In this document: positions 1 to 14,510 of the stretch, piece by piece | How the letters are laid out: each line of letters starts with the position of its first letter | Position numbering within the stretch: position 1 is the stretch's first letter | Assembly: GCF_964355755.1 (NCBI RefSeq) | Contig: NC_092676.1 | Coordinates: 19,176,871-19,240,870, forward strand | DNA: 64,000 nucleotides | Direction of reading: 5' to 3' | Source: Antedon mediterranea | Taxonomy: Eukaryota > Animalia > Echinodermata | The notes under the pieces: model-generated | What the model was told of the DNA's origin: nothing | What the model saw: the letters and a program-made list of their open reading frames with translations, nothing else | The model's database searches: none | Translations under genes and position numbers: made by a program

Positions 1-2217
1 ACAATTATTGATTGTAGAAACATGATGTATAACTTATTTCAATTTCAAGACAATCGTAAAAGTATCTTTGCCATGAATTTTATTTTCCATTAAATTTTAA
101 AATCATAAAGTGTTATTCGAAAATTGAAAGCATTTATTAAATTGTCTTGTGATCGTTATATAACAGCTTTTGTGAAGGCATTAAACAGTGAGTTCACTAT
201 TAACTGGTAATGTTGAACACTAAAAACTGTTAAGCCTGCTCTTCTCTGTCAAATTAGGTTGAGGTCTGGTTGGTTTCAAAGTTCTTATTGTCACAAAAAG
301 TAGCGTTATTTGCTGAAAGTTTATTGTAAAAAAAAAAAAATATAACAGTAGAATATTAAAGTCCGTTAGGGCTGAAACAAGGGTGTTCAGTTTTTTCAAA
401 AACACCAAATTTGGTATATAGGTTTTTTTCTACTCTCTACCAATTTAATTTTTGAAGGGCGCCAAGCAAAACGACCTAATTGGCATAATTTAAAAGGCGT
501 ACTTTTTAACTTAAATACTCTGTATCTTTTTAAACTACTGGTCATGGAAAGTTTATGATAACAACAAAAGGCATTCCTATTTACTTATTCTTGAATAATT
601 AAAACGGACTGGAAGTACCATTTTTAAGACATTGTCATATCTCAGGAAAGAGTTTATTTTGGTGTCAAATTATTCAGAATATATAATAGTTACTTTTGTA
701 AATGAAACACTTTCTTGAAGCGTGTCAATATTTATTGATAATACTTTTCAAACATGTAATTGGCCCACTATGACTAGAACCTAGATAGCTTTAAACAGTG
801 AATTCTGTAAACTATTTTGTTGTATAGCTGTACAGTAATCATACAGAGGAATTATGTTCCTCCGTATACAGCATCCTAGGTCTTTTGTAGGCCTAGTTAT
901 CTTAGTACAGTTGTTATACTGTACATTTCAATATCTCAGTTTCAATTTGCTTTTCATTTCAATCGAAGTTGTTCTGACGTGTATTTACTTATAAACAACA
1001 TGGAGAAATAACAGGAATATCTGAGATAACCCAAAGTACCACGGGAGAATATTTTACCCAATTTGTATTCACTTTGAGATCTTTGCCCAAAGCACGAGTG
1101 TAGGGACTTTCAAACAAATAGGATGCTATTTAATAGTTCAAATATGGTTTGTATTTCAGTACATTAGAATAAAGTGTATATTCAAACCTCACAAATTTCT
1201 TTTTATATGAGATAAGAATGTTATAGAGGAACATAATGTTGTACTTTAACATATCGATATGCTTGTCATTCAATATAGACAAATGTCTCTATCTAAAAAA
1301 ACATTCGTCATTGACTGTAGGCCAGAGCTTATACATTTTATGTTAGTCCCCCAGTCAGCGTTTCTATTTTTGTCTGAAGTATGAGACACCAATAATTTCG
1401 GTCTAGAACCTAGACTTGCCAGATCTATAACAGTGCCTAAGATACGAACAGTTCAGGATTCAATATTTTGGACATTAATTATGGATTTTTACCGAATGTT
1501 GTTTAAACATTTTAGAAAGAAAACAAAACTTATACTTACTGTGCTTGTGAAACTTGAAATACGATAAAGAAATATATGCATATTGAGAAAATCCAAAAAG
1601 AATCCCGAATTCGTAACATCACTGCACAATATTAGACTACTAAAGAAGAAAAAAAAAAAGAATAAATACAAGCAAAATAAATACAAAGATGCATGGAAGA
1701 TTTGCACAATTCACATAAGCAACCCGTGTAATCTCTTTTTATTGTTCAATAATCTAGACATACATCAACATGTTGCAGTTAGGAGCTAGAAAGATTTTGT
1801 GATATATTGTCACTCTTCTGTCCTATATATGAACATGACCGAAAGTATAGTTTGTTAATCGTGTTTTTTATTACAGTGAACAGAAATACAGTGTACAATT
1901 ATAACATTCCTGATGTGATGTGACGTCACGATACTAATCGGGGTGTGTACATAATATTTTGTGTGCTATATATAGGCCTACGCGCGTCACAGCGAAGCAT
2001 TATATGTGAACATTCCCTCGTTACACTATTAACACATGTACGCCCTGTTAGTACTTATTACTGCTACTGCTACCAATGAACAAATAAACAACATTATAGT
2101 TGGCACTTAGAGCATCAATCAATATATCAAAATATAAAAATGCTCAAGAAAAAAAGCACCGCTGCGATCGGGTATTGCGCCGCTCGTGTAAGCACCGCGG
2201 CACTTTTGATCAGTAAC

Positions 2218-2370
2218 GCTTGGTTCCGACTAGCGACGTCACGCAAGGAAGTAACGTAATGTAAGTGCTTTGACCAATCACAAGCGATGGATTTTTCGAA
2301 CAGTGGCTTTTCATTGGTAAACTCGCTTGCGCAACGCAAGACCGAACGTCTTCTAGTGGGAATCAAGCTT
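2218..2370. mobile_element. Copy of GCTTGGTT MITE family
   Basis: GCTTGGTTCCGACTAG ... CTAGTGGGAATCAAGC, with internal TTGACCAATCAC. Confidence 0.65.
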
Positions 2371-4029
2371 AAGCTCTGTTAAATTGGGATTCGCACACAG
2401 TAAGGACTCGGCGCTGCGCTTATCTGGACTATACTGCACACAATACAAGAACAATAAAAAAACAAAAACATTTGAATAAGCTTTGGCAGTTTATACTATC
2501 GTCATTACATCCATCTTCCCGATTACCATGATATAATGATTATTCTATTAATCCTGTCGTATTTACATTTGTAAAAATTTACTTAAGTTGAAATAACACT
2601 AAAACAATATCTTAAAGAAAACGAGCCAAAAAGGTAAGTCCGAAAATAATTTACATGCAATCGTAATTCTTCGTTCACATAATTACATACTGAAGATCGG
2701 ATTCACTCTACGAACCAGGCGTAACGGAATAAGCACAACCATGTCATGCACATTTCTAAATTTTCTCTTCTGATGAATTTTTATCATTGACGCATCTTTC
2801 TCGGCCAATTCAATAATTTGGGCCATCATAAGTATTCTACTTTTTTTTTCGCAATAATGTGTAATTATTACATTCAATCTATCGTTCATTAAAAAATCAT
2901 AACGACAATAATTATATTCACATCCAAAATCTGCCAATAATTTATCCAATAATATTCAATAAAAAGAAAATAATTTTTTTTTTATATTGCAATTATTAAC
3001 AAACGATATGCCTACATTGGCGCTTTAATATAACTATTGATCTAAAATTCCATTACCAGCATGTGAGGCATTCTAGTTTCTTTCTAGTTTAAAATTCTGT
3101 TCATTGATAAAATGTTCATTTCCTCTGAAAAATTCTGGTTTAAATATTGCATGTTATCATTAAAATTATGACAATTTTTCTATGATCACAAAGGTTGATT
3201 CACACTCTTTTGTCACATTTTCAGCGATTCCGGCAAACACGTGTTCGATAATTTACTTGTTATCAATTAGGCCTAAATAAAGTAGGTGTACGTTCTATTA
3301 TCGTAGACTAATTATTATACATTTGATGAACCTTGTGAACAGATCGCTCTCATTGCTTTCATTCTCCAAGAATAGTGCGAAAATAATAATTATGTACTAA
3401 TTAATAAGAAACATACGGTGCACGAAGGTAGGAAATTAACCCGTAATTCAAGAATCAAATTGAACGAATACGATATTTAAATTTCTCACTCTCAGCAGTA
3501 CTGTACGTATAACAACACTCTAAACCTTTCACGACTCGTTCCTATGGGCTTCGATTGCCTTAATAATCGCAGACATTATCATAGGGTATCAATTATTTAT
3601 CAAACTCACAATTTATTGATATTAGAAGATATTACTTATTTAAATAATATAATGAATGTCCTACTTCAATGAACCAACGAAGTGGTTGTACAATGTTTAA
3701 TCATTTTTTTAACACAATAATCTATCTTCTTAGCGTCTTTCTGCATTACGCTTTACACGGTTGTTCTCCATTTTGTCTGTTTGGCGCAGAATGGTTTAGA
3801 CCGATTGCATGTGTTAGTGTATGTAGTTCTTTTTTTGTACAAATATTTTCTTTATGTTTTTGGATGTATCCAGTTATTTAATTTGTACATTAATATGGTA
3901 GTATAATCATATGATCTATTTTGAGGTGTGTGTAGTTAAAATTCAGAAACATTATGTGATTAAAACACACTAAAATGACTTCTTCTGTTACCTGAACATT
4001 GAATCATTTCGATTTAAAACCACGCTCAC

Positions 4030-4690
4030 CGTTTTTCTTGAGGATATCATCCTCCATCCCCACCTCCCACTCTAGGAACGATTGTGATTGCCTAACACTG
4101 TTTTAGTAACAGGCATATCCATCTAGCCCCACCGTCTACCATGCGATTCACCACCACACTTGCTATCAAGGATATCCCTCCACGCCCACCACACCAACTC
4201 TTCATTCTTAATGATATGCATATCCATCCCTCTAGACCAACCGCCACCTATTCATTCTTAAGGATAGGCCTATTCCTCTAGCCCACCGTTAACTTTGGTA
4301 CCATGCGATTGACCACCACACTTGCTCTCAATGATATCCCTCCACGACCACCACCAACTCTTCAATCTTAGGATAGGCCTATCCCTCTATCTCCACCACC
4401 AATTCTAGGAACCATTGTAATTGACCAACACACTTGCTCTCAAGGATATCCCTCCACCCCAACTACCAACTCTTCTTACTGAAGGATAGGCTATCCCTTT
4501 GGCCCCCCACTGCCAACTTTAGGAACCACGCGATTGAGCACCACACTCTCAGGGATATCCCTTCACGCCCAACAACAAACTCTACATTCTTAAGGATAGG
4601 ACTATAAACGGCTAGCCCCCACCACTTACAAGTATTCTCTAGGAACCATTGTAATTGATCAACACACTGTTTTTCCAAACTCAATATACC
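4030..4690. repeat. Old, diverged C-rich tandem repeat
   Basis: Recurring AGGATAT/AGGATAGGC, CCCTCCAC.CCCACC, AGGAACCATTGTAATTGA and CACACTTGCTCTCAA blocks. Confidence 0.75.
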
Positions 4691-5603
4691 GTACATACCG
4701 TATCAAACAATTGAAGAGGAACTATTGATAATTCTGATAATAAAGATGAATACTTCTTACTAATGGAAGCGATGATAACACGGATTAAGACCATGATTTC
4801 CAATGCTCATCGATTGATTTATTATCAATTTCTCAATTACCATTATTGTAAATGATGATAGTGTCAATAAAGAAGACATTGATTTTAGCCGTGAACTCTT
4901 TGACCGTTGTAAACAATTAATGGTGTATTAATGAGGTACTCTAAAATTCACTTATAACCAGGCCTACGCAGTAAAAAAATCTGTCTCTCGTTACAGATTC
5001 TTCCTCTAGCAGCGAACTCATTTTGTTAGATGTTCAATATTTATAAATCAAATTTCCCCACGCTTTATTTTGTACGTCATCTTTTATTTATAGCACGTGA
5101 AGAGTTTGTAGCTTCCATTTTTTGTTCAATAACATAATATAGATCTACTATTATTATTTGTTTAATAAAGCAACAGTTTTTTACCTACATTTAATAAAAT
5201 ATATTTTAATTTTTAATATATGAATTAATATGTACATTGAACTGAAATCCACAGCGATACACATACATGTATGTTTGTTGCTGAACATTGTTAAGCCATG
5301 GAGGAATTATTTATTTTATCTAAACAATTCCTCGATGGATTAAAAAAACAGCTATTCAGAGTTAAAATGTTGAAAGTTACTACTGAAGCAGGAGTTTGTG
5401 ACTGGTTTAATGGCACTCCACGGGCAAGACATCCATTAGGCCTACACACAGCCCTGCTTCATAAACTCTGCTAGGCCTAGAAGTTGCAATTATACCTCCT
5501 CTTATTCCTTATCTTAGTGGTCACCGGGTTAATTCAAAAGAAAATATTGATGGAATGAAACACTGAAGTAAAAAAGCGTACTATTGTAGATGTTTCAATC
5601 ATT

Positions 5604-5967
5604 CTTCAAATATGTAAAATAACTAAAGCAGCATGTAAAATAATTGGCGTAGAAATTGAAAGTATATGTAATCTTTGTGATAAAAAGGCTCTTAATAAAT
5701 TAGAATGGATAATTAAAGATGTGACTCATCCACTAAATAGTATTGTAAGTTTTAATTGTAGAATTCGGCAATGCAAAGTTAAAACCAACCGTTTTAGAGA
5801 CTCTTTTTTCCCATATGCTTGTCATCTATACAATGTACAGTTTTCAAGATAATTAGTGTTACGTTTTTATATTGTGTTTTAAATTGTATTGTATCTATGT
5901 TTCTAAGCTCAGAAAAACAAATATCATGTATGTTATGTTATGTGACAAGAAATTCAATCTTGAATCG
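5604..5967 (+). mobile_element. 3' fragment of a Rex1/Babar-like LINE
   Basis: Open frame 5604-5852 reads LQICKITKAACKIIG...IIKDVTHPL...KVKTNRFRDSFFPYACHLYN..*, a typical Rex1/Babar ORF C-terminus. A T-rich 3' UTR and a short AATCTTGAATC tail follow. Confidence 0.7.
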
Positions 5968-6689
5968 TGTATAACAATTTTGAGGAAAAAATGTTCATTC
6001 GACTGGTCACTTGAAGATCTAGCTATTCAAACTTCAAAATACCAAGTTTAACAACCCATAGCGGTTTACATTATTGCTGTCAGCATTGAGGAGTTGGCTG
6101 CTCATGTGAATTATAAAAATATTACAGGAGTTTATTTGATGCTTAGGTGGTCAATGCTTAAGGTAATTATTACTTATTTTGATCTCATTTCATATATGTA
6201 CTCTTTGTATCTTTTTTTTTCTTTGTGTGGAAAATAAATAAATGAAATGAATTATTAATTCGTATAGTGCATGGAACCTTTATCATAAACAATATGTCAG
6301 ATTGAATACATTTTAAATGTAACGCGGTGAACTCTAAACATATCAGTACTGTTTACTATAAATGAATGCGAAAGGTAAAAGATGAGTAAATGTGATATAC
6401 TGACAAAGTCCATCCAATCAGATTTAATAATGTTGTATTTTAATAAGTATTCAATATATTTTTCCTTATTGCCAAAGTCATCCTATCTATATTTTCCAAA
6501 AATAGGTCTACAATGTAGGAATAACTATTGTTATACTAATACTATGCCATATTTTCTAATAATGTATCATTAAGAAACAATTGAGAATTGAATGTATTAA
6601 AAATTTTTGGATCTGATCTTCATTGTGAGGAGTCTCTTTGTAAAATATTCAATCCAAAAAGAAAATTTTAATATCAACCTATATTTTAA

Positions 6690-7016
6690 AGATTTATTGT
6701 CCACCAAAAACAGGAAAAATGAAGATTAATAAAATCAGACTTTGAATTGACCATTTTGTAGTTTTATCAAAGTTAATCACTTCGGTAGACAAAAAAAACC
6801 AAAACAATTATGTTTTCAGTTATAAAATGACAAAATAAACAGTTAATTCAACCAAAAAACATTAACTGGCAGCCAATTTGACTATTTTTTCAGGTAAATA
6901 ATTTAGTTTTGGTCCAATTTTTGGTCAAAGTAAATAACTATTATATGATATTAAAATAGGCCTACTCAACAACAAGCAATTGTAAAAAAAAGTGTTTTTT
7001 TATGGGGACAATATCT
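6690..7016. mobile_element. TTAA-flanked MITE (Kolobok-like AG...CT termini)
   Basis: TTAA|AGATTTATTGTCC ... GGACAATATCT|TTAA. Related copies lie at 17925-18185, 18811-19150 and 41397-48606. Confidence 0.7.
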
Positions 7017-7899
7017 TTAAGACAATGTTATCCTTAATAATATAAATAATAATATTAATAATAAATATGTACACAAAAGTTCCAATGTTTCCGTTATTTA
7101 ACATTAAGAACAACAAAACATATCATGAAGTATGTACACGTGAATCTTGGTTGGACAATTTATTATCACTTAATTTTGCAGATTTCAATCTTTATGGTTT
7201 TATATTAATTATACAGATTATTTTTCTATTCTATTATGGCTAGAGTATTAAAATGTATATATTAATTGAACATTACGTTATCTAAGATGGTGTAAGTAAC
7301 AATACGTGATAACGTCGTTAGTATAAGATGTAATTGGTAAGGCCATGCAATCTTCTCGAATACAATCAATCCTATGCTAAGTGTTAGTCCATGCGCTTAA
7401 GTGTTAGCTTATATGATTATTACACGTCTGAGGTGTTGTAAGATTTAAAGACTAATCGACATAGTTCAATGTGTTTAGATAGCATTTTCCGCGAAATTGA
7501 AATTACAAACCGCATCATCAACAACTTGCGAATAACAATTTAAAGTCGAATCAAGTTAAAGACAATCACCCTTTATTTATGTATATAATACTATTTATTA
7601 TCTTCTTTTTTTTTTCATTCGGTTTTCGTGTTTGTATCGTTCCCGTTTTTTAAGTGTTGAGGGTCTCATGCATGTCATCTTCGGCTTTTATGAGTCACCC
7701 TCATTAAACAAAGTTTAATTTAATTGTTCAGTATTACAGTATGTCAACTGATTTTGAAGGTACCCACATACATACCAGGAGGAGATCGAGATTACTTGCT
7801 CTTCCCTTGTAGATATACCATGGAGTAAACTCCATGGATATACATACATTACCGAATACGGAAAACATTTTTAAAAGTACAAAACACACTTTATCTATT

Positions 7900-8730
7900 A
7901 ATTCATTTATTTCTATAAGTTGTATAACATATCACAGTACTGATTTTAAAAGTAGATCACAGATATGCCAGGAGAGATATAGATAGGCCTACACATAATA
8001 CGTCGGAAACAAATGTATAACATTCCAAAGAAAATACATAAAAAATGCTAAGTGTGCCACCGATCTAAAGGTGTAATTCCAAATAAATAAATAAATAAAT
8101 ACATGTAATAATTAATATGATCCAGTAGGCCTATAGAAGGAAAAGAAGAACAAACAATTGTAAAATGACTTCTGTTTTTTTTTTATTGAAACAATTTGTT
8201 TTTATATTGTTTGGAAGGTTATTCTATGTCTAGTTTCACTGTATAAAAATGTCCCCTTGTACCGGTTTCCAATTTTCTTCCATTAAATTGTTATTCAATT
8301 TTGCACTAATTCATTATTAGAAATAAATTTGTCACTCAAATAAGATGGAGCCATTTCACTCAAGCACTTAAGAGCACATGTACATTTTATTCTCTCGTAA
8401 CATTTGCATACAAACTGTGTCATCATTTCATTTACGGGAGTTTTAATATCAGCAGATGTAACCATGGCGAAATTATAAGTAATTCTTCTATGGAATAACG
8501 TACAGGCAATCTAACAACATTAGAATAACCAAACATAGTCTATTTTGTAACATTTTATTAATTATTTGCATGCGAAGACAAAGTAAAGCTGGCACTTGCT
8601 CTTAATAGAATTTAATTTAGATGTCTTCTAAACTTATGATATTTTAATTTCAAAATGTTGTTTAAAATAATTCTAATTTGGATTAGCATTATCTAGACAA
8701 GTTTCCAACTTTCATCACAAATTCCACACG
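7900..8730 (-). mobile_element. Degraded 3' part of an L2/Crack-like LINE
   Basis: Broken minus-strand frames give KCLSEMAPSYLSDKF (~8325-8370) and KGTFLYS....NNLPNNIK (~8200-8260), characteristic L2-group ORF2 C-terminal motifs. Boundaries are approximate. Confidence 0.55.
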
Positions 8731-9037
8731 GAATATAGGCCTTACCTCTTATTTTTGTTACGAGTTGACCATTTCTAGCCTAGTTAGTAGGACCAGGCAT
8801 ACTCTTTGCGATACAACGCGGCATCACGTTGAGCCTTGAATTGAGTTTACTTAGCTAGGCTAGGCCTAAATGCTAAGCTTACATTTTAAAAGGTGTACAG
8901 AGTATACTGTATTTCTTTATGATTAAGCTACTATAAGTTACAATAATTATTATTATTAGTAAGAAAACGTATAATAGGCCTACTGTGTAGGATTTCAAAT
9001 ATGCTACCTCTAATAATAATGAAACGATCCATTTGAT

Positions 9038-9148
9038 GATCTGGGTTTTCTAGTTCCATTTTGGAACTAGAAAACTCAGATCTTGATATCTGAGTTTTCT
9101 AGATCTAGAAAAATCAGATATCTGAGTTTTCTAGATCTAGAAAACTTT
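9038..9148. repeat. Short array of self-complementary units
   Basis: ATCTG(A/G)GTTTTCTAG...CTAGAAAA(C/A)TCAGAT palindromes, repeated about three times. Confidence 0.8.
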
Positions 9149-11336
9149 CACCTCTTTTAACTCGACTGTATATTGTTAGTGTTGATTATTTAATATTTTA
9201 AATTAGATAATAGAAAACATGTAGTTATCTACTACAGTATACCAAAATATTATAAAATATTTAAATTGCAGTGAAGTTGTTACAGTCATAATATGTTGTA
9301 TATAGGCCTACTTTTGGAATGATTTTAAATGTACTGTATACCTTTGTCAGATAGAATTAAGAAAGTGAGTTACAACTTATATATTGAATATGATTTATTA
9401 GCCTATATACAAAGCATTAAAAAAACTGTTAAGATATATGTTGCCAATCTTGCTTTAATTAGCATAATATTACGTATTGTTCTCTCGGGAAAATAATACC
9501 AGGCATACAGTAATTACTGTATACTGATTATACCCACAACACGTACAGTATATAGTATTTAATGACTAAATAACTTCAGGCAGCGTCACATACTCAAACA
9601 TCCACACATATACTAATGTTTGAGTTCCTAGATACATACAGTCTTGAGTTTTTGTTATGTTAAATCTTCAACTGTTGCTAACAGGAAAATAAATTAACCT
9701 GCGTAACCTGGTAATTATGCCACTGAGGTACGTGTTAACAAATATTATCATTTATATACACCTAAAGTTAAGTTATAGCGCTATACAAACAATATGACTT
9801 ATGTTATATAGATGAATCCAGCTATTAATGTGGACAACGACTTTATAACGATTCTATTAATGTGTATATTGTCACCTTGAATGTCGCAAATGAATCGTTT
9901 TTCTATGTCCAGGAGCAATAGCCTACTGTAATGAGAAAAGATCTTATTTTTATCAAAGTTGAAAGATCTATTGCTTGTTTAATAATGCCGAACATTTAAT
10001 CATTTTGGAGTAATAATGGTGATTTATGCAAATCATTAACCACATTTAAGGGATGCTGAAGATACTAGAAATATACCTTAGGCATTTTATTAGTAATAAT
10101 AGTGCAGACAATAATCAAGACTCCTTTACCAATATCTCGCATGGCAGACGCGTACTACAACTTTCGAGGACATGTTTTGGAAAATACAAAACAGCAAAAA
10201 TGAATACGGAATATCGGAATTCGGAATTCCGTGCGTATCTCACGTGTGAGGAATGCTTATTTTAACAGGCCTACGTTATACATATTTATTTTACAATGTG
10301 TAGTAGGCCTACAGTTTTTTGTCTCTCTTTTTATTTCATATTTTTGTTACATACTTATTTTTAAATATGTAGTACCGTCAGTTTATAAACAGAGATGACA
10401 AAATATTCTTTAGAGATAGAATTTTAAAAGTGTTAAGGGGAAAAAGAAAGCACCCGGTACTGATTCTTACATTCCGGGTTCAAATCTAAACTAGGTCACT
10501 AGCATGTCTTCATTTCTGTTTTAAGCTCATTCGTATTAGTAGTACAGTTCTTTTTATGGTATTTTCCCAATCCCGTAACAACTAATAGCAATTAGCCATA
10601 ATGTATGTTGAGATAAGGATAGCTATTATTTATCAATTAATTTATATTAGATCTTTTAGTTAAGCTTCGTTTACACAAATGACCTCATACGTGATTGATG
10701 GATGATAAATGATGGACATGAAATTATAAACAATTATACTGTTATTCAAATCATTAACTCCTTAACTTACTAGAAAAAATTATATGATGATTTTTAACCG
10801 TGAACGATTTTATATTAGACGTAAAAAAACCTATAATATTACGGTAAATAACTTTACGAAACATCTATCCGATTAAATCAATGATACAATTTGTTATTAA
10901 ACATTTGCGATACGAAATATTTATAAAATGAAGTAGGTGTACGAGAGAGTTCTTAGGTAGGTAGTTTAGGTAGGTAGACGATAAGAATATCCGTGAATAC
11001 GCAACTTTGTTGTTATTCTCATGCGTTTTTATAATATCAATTTTGATAGACAAACAAAAAAACTAGAATAAAATTGAAGATTAAAACGGGAAATCTAGAT
11101 CATAATGTATCCAACGCTGACGTCATATCCATTGACCACGGATATGCTACGGCAGGTGAAAGAACAATATACATTGCCAATAAAAGTAATTTTCATAAAT
11201 ACCACCAGAGATCTCATTATTGGCAGAAGACAATCAGACATCCCGTTATCGGCAGATTTAAATTGAATTGAGTTACATTATTTGTTATAAGTGTACCAAT
11301 AAATCTGTATTCACTACATATACGTAATCAACATTT

Positions 11337-11500
11337 GCTCTGTTTACACTAGTTTAAACTAGTTTGACCAAAAAAGTGTGAGGTGCCCAAATATGGTATA
11401 GTGGTGTGCCTAAATATATAGTAGTGACATGACATCATCATGTCCATATATAGACACATCACATATTTTGACACATAAAGTTTGATAGTGTGACAGAGCT
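11337..11500. mobile_element. ~160-bp MITE family with AGCTCTGTCTACACTATCAAAC TIRs (PIF/Harbinger-like)
   Basis: Inverted termini GCTCTGTTTACAC ... GTGTGACAGAGCT. Further copies at 13120-13265, 31105-31205, 35169-35330, 50204-50358, 50361-50783, ~60110-60185 and 63809-63835. Confidence 0.75.
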
Positions 11501-12210
11501 TAGCAATCTATTGAAACATTTTAACATTACCAACGGCAGTTAATTGCGACAAATACCAATGTAGAAAATCATTGTGATGATGATGGCAAAATGGTTGAAA
11601 CATTTAATTTAGCAGATACACAATTTGTCCAGTTTCATGTTGACATATTCATACAGTGTCACTATGTGTCACATCTATATCATATCGCATATACCATATG
11701 CCATAAGCCTAACCTAACAAACACATTACCTAATTTGCATATGATGCCATGTGGAGATATATCTATTGCAGAGAATCGTGTGCAATGTTTGCGTACGTTA
11801 TGTATGTATACTTAGCAATATAAGAAGATTTAACAAACTATTCCAGTGATCAAAAAGGCTCAATGATCAACCACAAGCATTCAACAGATTACATTTGTTA
11901 AAAATTTTGTCAATATAAAACCGACAATTTGAGACGTATTGCACCAAAAACATGAAAAATAAAGATTTCTCACGTAAATATTTAGTTTTCAATCAAAGTG
12001 AATAACTACTATTAGGCTTTATCAAATTAAAATGGCCTATTAACAAACAAAAAATGTCATGAGGAATGAAATTAAAACATGTTTTAAACAAATGTGTTCA
12101 AATAACCTTAATTTTAAATAATATACTAAACTTTCTACAGATCTCCTTTACATAGGAAAAACAGATACGAACAAGTATAATATTTTAGTAATAAAATAGT
12201 TTTAACTTAC

Positions 12211-12401
12211 CTAGAAGATAATGTTAAAGAAGAAAGAATCACACGGGAATAAATTGACGCTATGAAATCGTCTCCATCTGTAACGACTCTTAAGTAAGGT
12301 GCGAACCTCAATGGAACTTGTCGACGCTTCTGATTGGTTAAGAGTGGATGACGACACAAACGCTGGGGGCCAATGGCAGATGAATAATAATAGCATTGTA
12401 C
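12211..12401 (-). other. Orphan exon-like segment of an unidentified minus-strand transcript
   Basis: T-rich acceptor TTATTAG| and strong donor TAG|GTAAGT flank a GC-richer 191-nt segment. One frame is open throughout, but I recognise no homology. Confidence 0.4.
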
Positions 12402-13119
12402 CTAATAATTATAAAATAAAACAAACAATCGAATGAAAATTTAGGTCAGAAACAACTTCTTGGGAGGAGTTAACACGTCGATGTTATTTTTGAAACAATT
12501 TAAGCTATCATGGACTTATTCGGAAGGTATTTTGTGCTAAAATTAGTCATTTTAATCCGCATTCACAGCCAAAAATTAACGAACTGAAGACAATTTAGAT
12601 ATCAAATGTCCATTAAACATATGAGTGTTCAATTATTGTCCGTTTTAAACGTGGGAAGATTCTATGTGTGGTTCCGCACGTGTCATATGCACATTTACCA
12701 ACACACTCTCGAGAACAATTGAAAAAAAATCAACTTTCATATTTGAAACTTTGGAATGCAAAATAGATCGGTCAGATTTGTTATTCATATATTTGATTTT
12801 AAAACATTGGATCACAATTAAGCGATTTTATATCTGTAATCATTTTAAAGAATACCCATGGAATATTTGAATTTCTCCCCTTGTTTTAGCTACAACAGTT
12901 GAATACATTGAATTGTAGGCTATAGCTATCGAATCCAATTCCCACTGTGCCCTTTTCACACTAGAGACTAGCATCAGAGGTGATGGTAAATAGGCCTAAT
13001 ATATATGCCTAGTAGATAGTGACGATTTTTGTCACTTTTGTGGAAAAAAAAACAATTCTCAGCTGGCTCGTCTTGAAATCATGTCCATACATATCCTCCA
13101 TTCCATGGAATACGTTGAA

Positions 13120-13265
13120 ACTCTGTCCACACTATCAAACTAGTAGTGATGTGCCCAAATATTGTAGTGATATGCTTAAATATGGTAGTGATATGACATC
13201 ATCATTTCTATAAATGGGTACATCACATTTTTCCCACATAAATGTTTGATAGTGTAGACAGAGCT
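13120..13265. mobile_element. Copy of AGCTCTGT MITE family
   Basis: CTCTGTCCACACTATCAAAC ... GTTTGATAGTGTAGACAGAGCT, with the internal GTGATGTGCCCAAATAT motif. Confidence 0.75.
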
Positions 13266-14357
13266 TAAGAAAACACGACCCTTAACATGCCACTAGCAAC
13301 TATTTTCTTACAACACCATGTACATTGTACTTTCTGATCAATCTTAAAAAATAGAATAACTTAAAACAAGCGTCATTGGACATGTAGGCCTAGGTCTATT
13401 TAAATTCTTAACGTCTATCTATAGTTGAAAGTGCTAAATTTAAACCGCATGTGTGCATATAGTAATGGCTTTTTAGAAATCGTTGATGCTTTAAAATAAA
13501 TCTTGACATCTTTATTTCTCAATTAGTATGCAACTAATTAATGAGCTATATCCACCTTAAGCGATACGTTGGAATGTTCTCAAGGATATGATAACAGAGG
13601 AACACATCAAACACTCGCGCATGTTTGCACAGCGCGCTGCGTTAACTATCCATGACGTCATGGCAATAATAAATTCTATAATAAATTCGTAATTCCACTA
13701 CTTCCGGTGTTACTTTGTAGTGGTCAGTTGGTCAGTTAATTAAAGCATGGAGTAAATAAGTCAATGACCAGCAATATATATTATTAGAAAGCGTGTGTTA
13801 ATTACTCAGAAACAACGTGGATGACGTGGACGCACTTTAAGAGAAATAGGAAAGTCGTTTACACATACATACAATTATATGAATTTTTATGAAGTCAGCC
13901 CTATGTGCAGGAGGGGAGCGGGGTTGTGAGCTTATAGCTGTTATTATTGTACCTTAAACTATAGTGCTTTCACCTAAATAAATTGACTAGCAAAACTCCG
14001 GAGATTACACACACACGCGCGGGAGGCGTGAAGCCACCATACCTCGTGAGTAGGTCTGGTATGTTTAAACTTTTTGTATTGAAGACGGTAATTTGTTTAC
14101 ACACTGACCAAGTGGCTAATCAGGCCTGCACAGAGATGCATTTATATATTTATTTCACTTTTGCTCATGAAAACGTGATTTTATTATTATGAATGAATCG
14201 ACTGATGTTTTACAAATTGTTATTAAAAGAATATCGGGGACACGTTAATTGTTTGACCAATTTCAATTAATAAGGATTTAGGATTTCTTTCTTAAAGCAA
14301 CTCAAATTTATAATCAATCACGGGTCATGACTCAGATAAGAATGATCAGTAAAAGTT

Positions 14358-14510
14358 GAGCGGTGGTGCAGCTTGGTGGTTATCAAGCTTGCCCTCCAAT
14401 TCCAATGTCCGTGGTTCAATCCTAACATTGGTAATGGAGGTCCAGTTTTCCATCCTGACATAGTTCCAGGATTGTAGCCTAACTCACGACTCTTTCTATT
14501 ACACTCCCTA
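14358..14510 (+). mobile_element. tRNA-derived SINE
   Basis: GCAGCTTGGTGGTTA (A box) and GGTTCAATCC (B box). Related heads lie at 21650-21710 and 51208-51290. No intact cloverleaf. Confidence 0.6.

Noticed and set aside
2683-2949. 88-aa minus-strand ORF, and other 60-110 aa ORFs in the left 25 kb
   Set aside because: No recognisable motif or convincing splice support. Many start at non-ATG codons and are expected by chance.
4700-4940. Possible degraded coding remnant
   Set aside because: The frames are broken by stops and I recognise no family motif.
14358-14430. tRNA gene (also 21650-21710, 31481-31565, 51208-51260)
   Set aside because: A/B boxes are present but there is no complete cloverleaf, and they continue into shared SINE body sequence.
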